The notes beneath the pieces were generated by a model, which ran no database searches, had not been told where the DNA came from, and saw only the letters and a list, made by a program, of their open reading frames with translations. DNA of 64,000 nucleotides from Candidatus Moduliflexus flocculans (GTDB taxonomy: Bacteria; Moduliflexota; Moduliflexia; Moduliflexales; Moduliflexaceae): assembly GCA_000739515.1 (NCBI GenBank), contig DF820457.1:349804-413803 (forward strand), given 5' to 3'. A program made the translations under genes and the position numbers. Shown piece by piece: positions 60,437 through 64,000 of the stretch. The first letter of the stretch is position 1; every line of letters begins with the position of its first letter.

Positions 60437-61995
60437 TCACTCGTCGAACTGACGCCTGAGTGAGCATTGACCTCATTCAAGAATCCGTTATCAAATAAAT
60501 TTTTCAGCGCCACCACAACAATCATCGGGTTGCAGCCATGCTGTTTCGTCATAATGTCATACAACTCGTCATAGCTGTGCGTGCCTTCAGCGAGCAAGTT
60601 TCCTAACGGCTTGTGCAATGCGGCGTTGCGAAAATGGTGAATCTGATTCGGCGAGGCGAGTTCAAATCCGGATTCTGTCGGACGATAGATGAAATCATCG
60701 CGAAATTGCATCAACATGTCTTTGGGCGGATTTTCAGGCATATTCCGATCAATCAGCGCTTGCATCACGCGATGAAAATCTTCTGCGTCAGCAAAGGTGG
60801 CCTCATCGAAGACGCGATAGCCATAAGGCCATTTTTGCGAGGTATAACACGGGCTGACGATCTGGATTGTTCGCCTGACCATGTTGATTAAAAAGCCAGA
60901 GACACAGGCAATTGAGCCTTGAGGCACGATCTCGTCAAGATAATGCCCCTGTTCGCGTTCGCGCAATCCGGCCTCTTCTTTCAAAATGCGTCCGCCCGAC
61001 ACTTTTTGGCGCGGGCCGTGCTTAATTTGCATCAAAAGTTCGACGTCCCGAAGCTCTTCTGGCGAATAAAGATCGTGAATTTGATGCAGCATGGCTTTGG
61101 ACAGGACGCTCAACCTCGGCCAGGGAGAATTCGATTGCCGATAGAACGCGATCAGTTCGCGCATCCAGACCGGATCGGTTGGCACTGCTGTTGATGTGCA
61201 TACCGGAAATCCGGTAATTTCGGTATAATCTTTAACAAAGTCCAGATAATGCGGATTATCGTGCGGCTCCGTGCCATAATAGAGCAATGCCAGACTCGTT
61301 TCATATCTGCCGAACAGATCGACGCAGGCATACGTCACTTGCCGGAAAAAGTCGCGATGTTCTGTATAATCGAAATTTTGCGTCAATTTGTGTGTGGCAA
61401 ACGCGCAGAACCAACAGCCAACGCTGCATCCATCCCCCAATTCGAAGGCTAAAATCGGATGATCGAGCATATAACTGAAATAGCCTAATTCGCTTTTGGT
61501 CGCGGCAATTCGACGGAGACGCCAGGCGTCGAATTTGGGATTGGCCGGGATGCGAATCACTTTTTCCGCAATATTGCCCATATAGTTCCTGAATAAGCGA
61601 TTTTTGGCCGAAAGATACCGCCCCCATAAAACGAATAATGGATACTCCGCAATTTTCTGCATTATCTCTTCTGGTAAGGCTTCTTCATGACGTGCCTGAC
61701 AATTCAGGACAAAACGCTGCGCGGCTTCGGGATATTTCCAGAGGATGGCGACTTCATCGAGATTGAAGGTTATGCCGATGCGCTGCAAACGCTCCACTGT
61801 GGCGGGAGACATATTGCCGGAAGTCAATTGTTTTTCGAAGGCCGGATCGCCCTGCGCCCATTCAAACAGCCGTTTTAATTGGACGATCAAGGACATTTCG
61901 TCTGCTGAAAATTGGCGCAACAGTCTTGCATGAAAATCTTCGCAATTTTCAGTACTTTCAGGGATATTTGATGCTGCCTGTTGATGATTGCTCAT
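60430..61995 (-). CDS. Radical SAM RiPP amino-acid epimerase (PoyD/OspD family), second copy
   Basis: HPILAFELGDGCSVGCWFCAF, TEPHDNPHY, GSIACVSGF, SPCYTSQKWPYGYR. Confidence 0.88.
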   Translation of the reverse strand: MSNHQQAASNIPESTENCEDFHARLLRQFSADEMSLIVQLKRLFEWAQGDPAFEKQLTSGNMSPATVERLQRIGITFNLDEVAILWKYPEAAQRFVLNCQARHEEALPEEIMQKIAEYPLFVLWGRYLSAKNRLFRNYMGNIAEKVIRIPANPKFDAWRLRRIAATKSELGYFSYMLDHPILAFELGDGCSVGCWFCAFATHKLTQNFDYTEHRDFFRQVTYACVDLFGRYETSLALLYYGTEPHDNPHYLDFVKDYTEITGFPVCTSTAVPTDPVWMRELIAFYRQSNSPWPRLSVLSKAMLHQIHDLYSPEELRDVELLMQIKHGPRQKVSGGRILKEEAGLREREQGHYLDEIVPQGSIACVSGFLINMVRRTIQIVSPCYTSQKWPYGYRVFDEATFADAEDFHRVMQALIDRNMPENPPKDMLMQFRDDFIYRPTESGFELASPNQIHHFRNAALHKPLGNLLAEGTHSYDELYDIMTKQHGCNPMIVVVALKNLFDNGFLNEVNAHSGVSSTSEC

Positions 61996-62186
61996 AATTT
62001 TTTTTGATGTTTGTTGGGCGAAAATCGCTCATACATTGTTGGTTATCAGGAAGCCGTGACAGGATCGCCCAACCTCCTCTGATCTTCACGTTACCGGGTA
62101 TTCCGATTCTGTCGAGAGTTCCCCGAATGTTTTCACACAAGTTCGACACTGATGAACGTCTCTTTCTCGGATGTTGGCGTACGTTG

Positions 62187-62503
62187 TTACCAGGCTCTAC
62201 CCAGGACAGCGCCGCTGACGACGACGGAGCCACCGACGGCGCCGACAGCACCAGCAATAGCCATTGTCACAGTGACGACTCCACCAGCCACCTGCTCTAA
62301 TTCCTCGTCACTCAATTCATTCGTCGGCCTGATTTCGTCGGCCAACGCTTGAATATCGCGTTATCGAATTCAAGGCCAAGTTCGTTTTTACTATACGCGA
62401 TCCAGCCATCAACATTTTCGATGCCGATCGCTTTGACTCGTTCTCTGATTTTTTCATCTTCCGCACAGAGTTGCCCAAATTTTTTGAAATTTTCTACGCT
62501 CAT
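62187..62503 (-). pseudogene. Nif11-like RiPP precursor D with a 1-bp deletion; restored core VVTVTMAIAGAVGAVGGSVVVSGAVLGRAW
   Basis: GATAACGC at ~62361 versus GATAAACGC in precursor C; 317 nt, and adding one A restores a 75-aa leader plus 30-aa core ending in TAA at 62187-62189. Confidence 0.85.
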
Positions 62504-62561
62504 AATTTTCCTTCCTGAGATGTTTGAGATGTATGTTTCTGCATGTCGCGCACAGGCGGCG

Positions 62562-62927
62562 TTACCAGCCTCTACCGACGGCAACGCCAACGAGGCTGCC
62601 GGCGGCGGCACCAGCGACGCCGCCGCCGACGATGCCGACGACGCCTGCGGCGACGATGGCGCCGCCGACGGCGCCAACAATAGCCATTGTCGCAGTGACG
62701 ACTCCGCCCGCCACCTGCTCTAATTCCTCGTCACTCAATTCATCCGTCGGCCTGATTTCGTCGGCCAACGCTTGAATATCGCGTTTATCGAATTCCAGGC
62801 CAAGTTCGTTCTTACTATACGCGATCCAGCCATCAACATTTTCGATGCCGATCTCTTTGACTTTTTCTCTCACGTTAACATCTTCAGCGCAAATCTGCCC
62901 GAATTTTTTAAAATTTTCTACGCTCAT
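62562..62927 (-). CDS. Nif11-like RiPP precursor C; core VVTATMAIVGAVGGAIVAAGVVGIVGGGVAGAAAGSLVGVAVGRGW
   Basis: 75-aa leader MSVENFKKF...ELSDEELEQVAGG (double-Gly site) plus 46-aa core. Confidence 0.92.
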   Translation of the reverse strand: MSVENFKKFGQICAEDVNVREKVKEIGIENVDGWIAYSKNELGLEFDKRDIQALADEIRPTDELSDEELEQVAGGVVTATMAIVGAVGGAIVAAGVVGIVGGGVAGAAAGSLVGVAVGRGW

Positions 62928-63053
62928 CGCATTTGTTCCTTTTATTCTTGAGGCGTCTCGACTTCGCTTGGTGCATCATGCTTTAAATCATCGCACAAAG
63001 TCGAGGCCGCCCTACAGAATACTATCGAATAGAAAACAAGACTCGCCCGTAAC

Positions 63054-63413
63054 TTACCATCTTCTGATAGCTCTCACAACTGCAATCGCGGCGCCAGCAA
63101 CAGCCCCCAAGGCTGCGGCTCCACCGGCAGCAGCTCCGGCAAGAGCAATCATCCCGGCAACAGCGGCGCCGGCGGTTGCCGTGATGAAGCCTCCGGCCAC
63201 CTGCTCCAATTGCTCTTCGCTCAATTCATTCTCTGGGCTGACTTCAGCGGCCAAGGTCTCGATGTCCTCTTTACTGAATTCCAGGCCGAGTTCATCCTTG
63301 CTATAGGCGATCCAACTGTCAATATTTTCGATGCCGATCTCTTTGACTTTTTCTCGGATTGCGGGATCTTCTGCACAAAGCTGTCCGAATTTTTTGAAAT
63401 TCTCAACGCTCAT
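63054..63413 (-). CDS. Nif11-like RiPP precursor B; core FITATAGAAVAGMIALAGAAAGGAAALGAVAGAAIAVVRAIRRW
   Basis: 75-aa leader ending ELSEEQLEQVAGG plus 44-aa core; AAAGGA RBS. Confidence 0.92.
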   Translation of the reverse strand: MSVENFKKFGQLCAEDPAIREKVKEIGIENIDSWIAYSKDELGLEFSKEDIETLAAEVSPENELSEEQLEQVAGGFITATAGAAVAGMIALAGAAAGGAAALGAVAGAAIAVVRAIRRW

Positions 63414-63586
63414 ATCACTCGTTCCTTTCTCTTGTTTACGGGGCTCGATGTCGTTCGATGTTCGGCACAGTCCCGCCTTGTCCTTACAGGTATGGACATA
63501 CAATGTTATGGCAAGCTGTCAGACACCTTCAAGGTGTTCGACAGTTTTTTCCTGACCACAACGTGTTGTGTCATTACAAATTGGCA

Positions 63587-63925
63587 TTACCATCTCTTAA
63601 TGGCAGAACCAACCGACGCGACAACTCTGGCAGCGCCAGCGGCGATTGACACTCCACCAGCAATTACTCTGATGACGGAGGCAGCGGTTGACGTGACGAA
63701 TCCGCCAGCGACTTGTTCTAATTGTTCTTCGCTCAATTCATCGACCGGCCCAACTTCGTTGGCCAGAGTCTGCATGTCTTCTTTCGTGAATTCTAAGCCG
63801 AGTTCGTCCTTGCTATAGGCAATCCAGCCATCAATGTTTTCCACGCCGATTGCTTTGACTTTTTCTCGGATTGTGGGGTCTTCTGCGCAAAGCTGTCCGA
63901 ATTTTTTGAAATTCTCAACGCTCAT
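63587..63925 (-). CDS. Nif11-like RiPP precursor A; core FVTSTAASVIRVIAGGVSIAAGAARVVASVGSAIKRW
   Basis: 75-aa leader ending ELSEEQLEQVAGG plus 37-aa core; AAAGGAG RBS. Confidence 0.92.
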   Translation of the reverse strand: MSVENFKKFGQLCAEDPTIREKVKAIGVENIDGWIAYSKDELGLEFTKEDMQTLANEVGPVDELSEEQLEQVAGGFVTSTAASVIRVIAGGVSIAAGAARVVASVGSAIKRW

Positions 63926-64000
63926 ATCACTCGCTCCTTTCTCTACTTCATTGGCCTCAATGGTGTTCGATGCCCAACATTCCATGTGAGCCACACAACG

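Noticed and set aside
62004-63818. Plus-strand ORFs over the precursor array (62004-62300, 62349-62723, 62524-62775, 62845-63306, 63210-63818)
   Set aside because: Antisense shadows of the GC-rich, repetitive precursor genes.
62187-63925. Direct polytheonamide/aeronamide ortholog
   Set aside because: The cores lack the Asn-x5-Asn repeats, the leader is Nif11-type, and no LanM-like dehydratase or Asn methyltransferase is in the window.
63926-64000. Evidence for a fifth precursor just past the edge
   Set aside because: The only support is a 7-nt match (CACAACG) to the spacer downstream of precursor A; too weak without more sequence.

Overview
This is a 64-kb bacterial chromosomal window, rich in REP-like repeats; sugar ABC transporters and a large hybrid kinase are reminiscent of KSB3/Modulibacteria, but that is only a guess. 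1-20.6 kb: a YtfQRT/YjfF-type sugar ABC transporter, rhaA, a class II aldolase, glgX, a dienelactone hydrolase, an anaerobic sulfatase maturase, a Uma2-like nuclease, an archaeal Hel308-like helicase and a liv operon that lacks livF. 20.7-27.8 kb: an AT-richer, decayed NRPS island. One TubC_N-C-A(N-MT)-T module is split by a single in-frame TAA, followed by an orphan solute-binding protein and a truncated second NRPS gene. 28-49 kb: mostly housekeeping or orphan genes (hybrid kinase, MATE, oleA, ccmF, GspE/PilB-type ATPase, leuB, larE, larB, upp, nnr). 49.3-64 kb holds the main finding, a compact minus-strand Nif11/proteusin-type RiPP cluster. It has four precursors (one hidden by a 1-bp deletion) with hydrophobic cores sharing x-x-T-x-T at the start and R-x(0-1)-W at the end. 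These are followed by two PoyD/OspD-type radical SAM epimerases, a putative ABBA prenyltransferase, an FAD oxidoreductase fused to a terpene-cyclase-like domain, two B12-radical SAM enzymes, a peptide arginase and an RRE-E1-YcaO cyclodehydratase. The cluster may continue past the right edge. All family calls come from motif recognition by eye; no searches were run.
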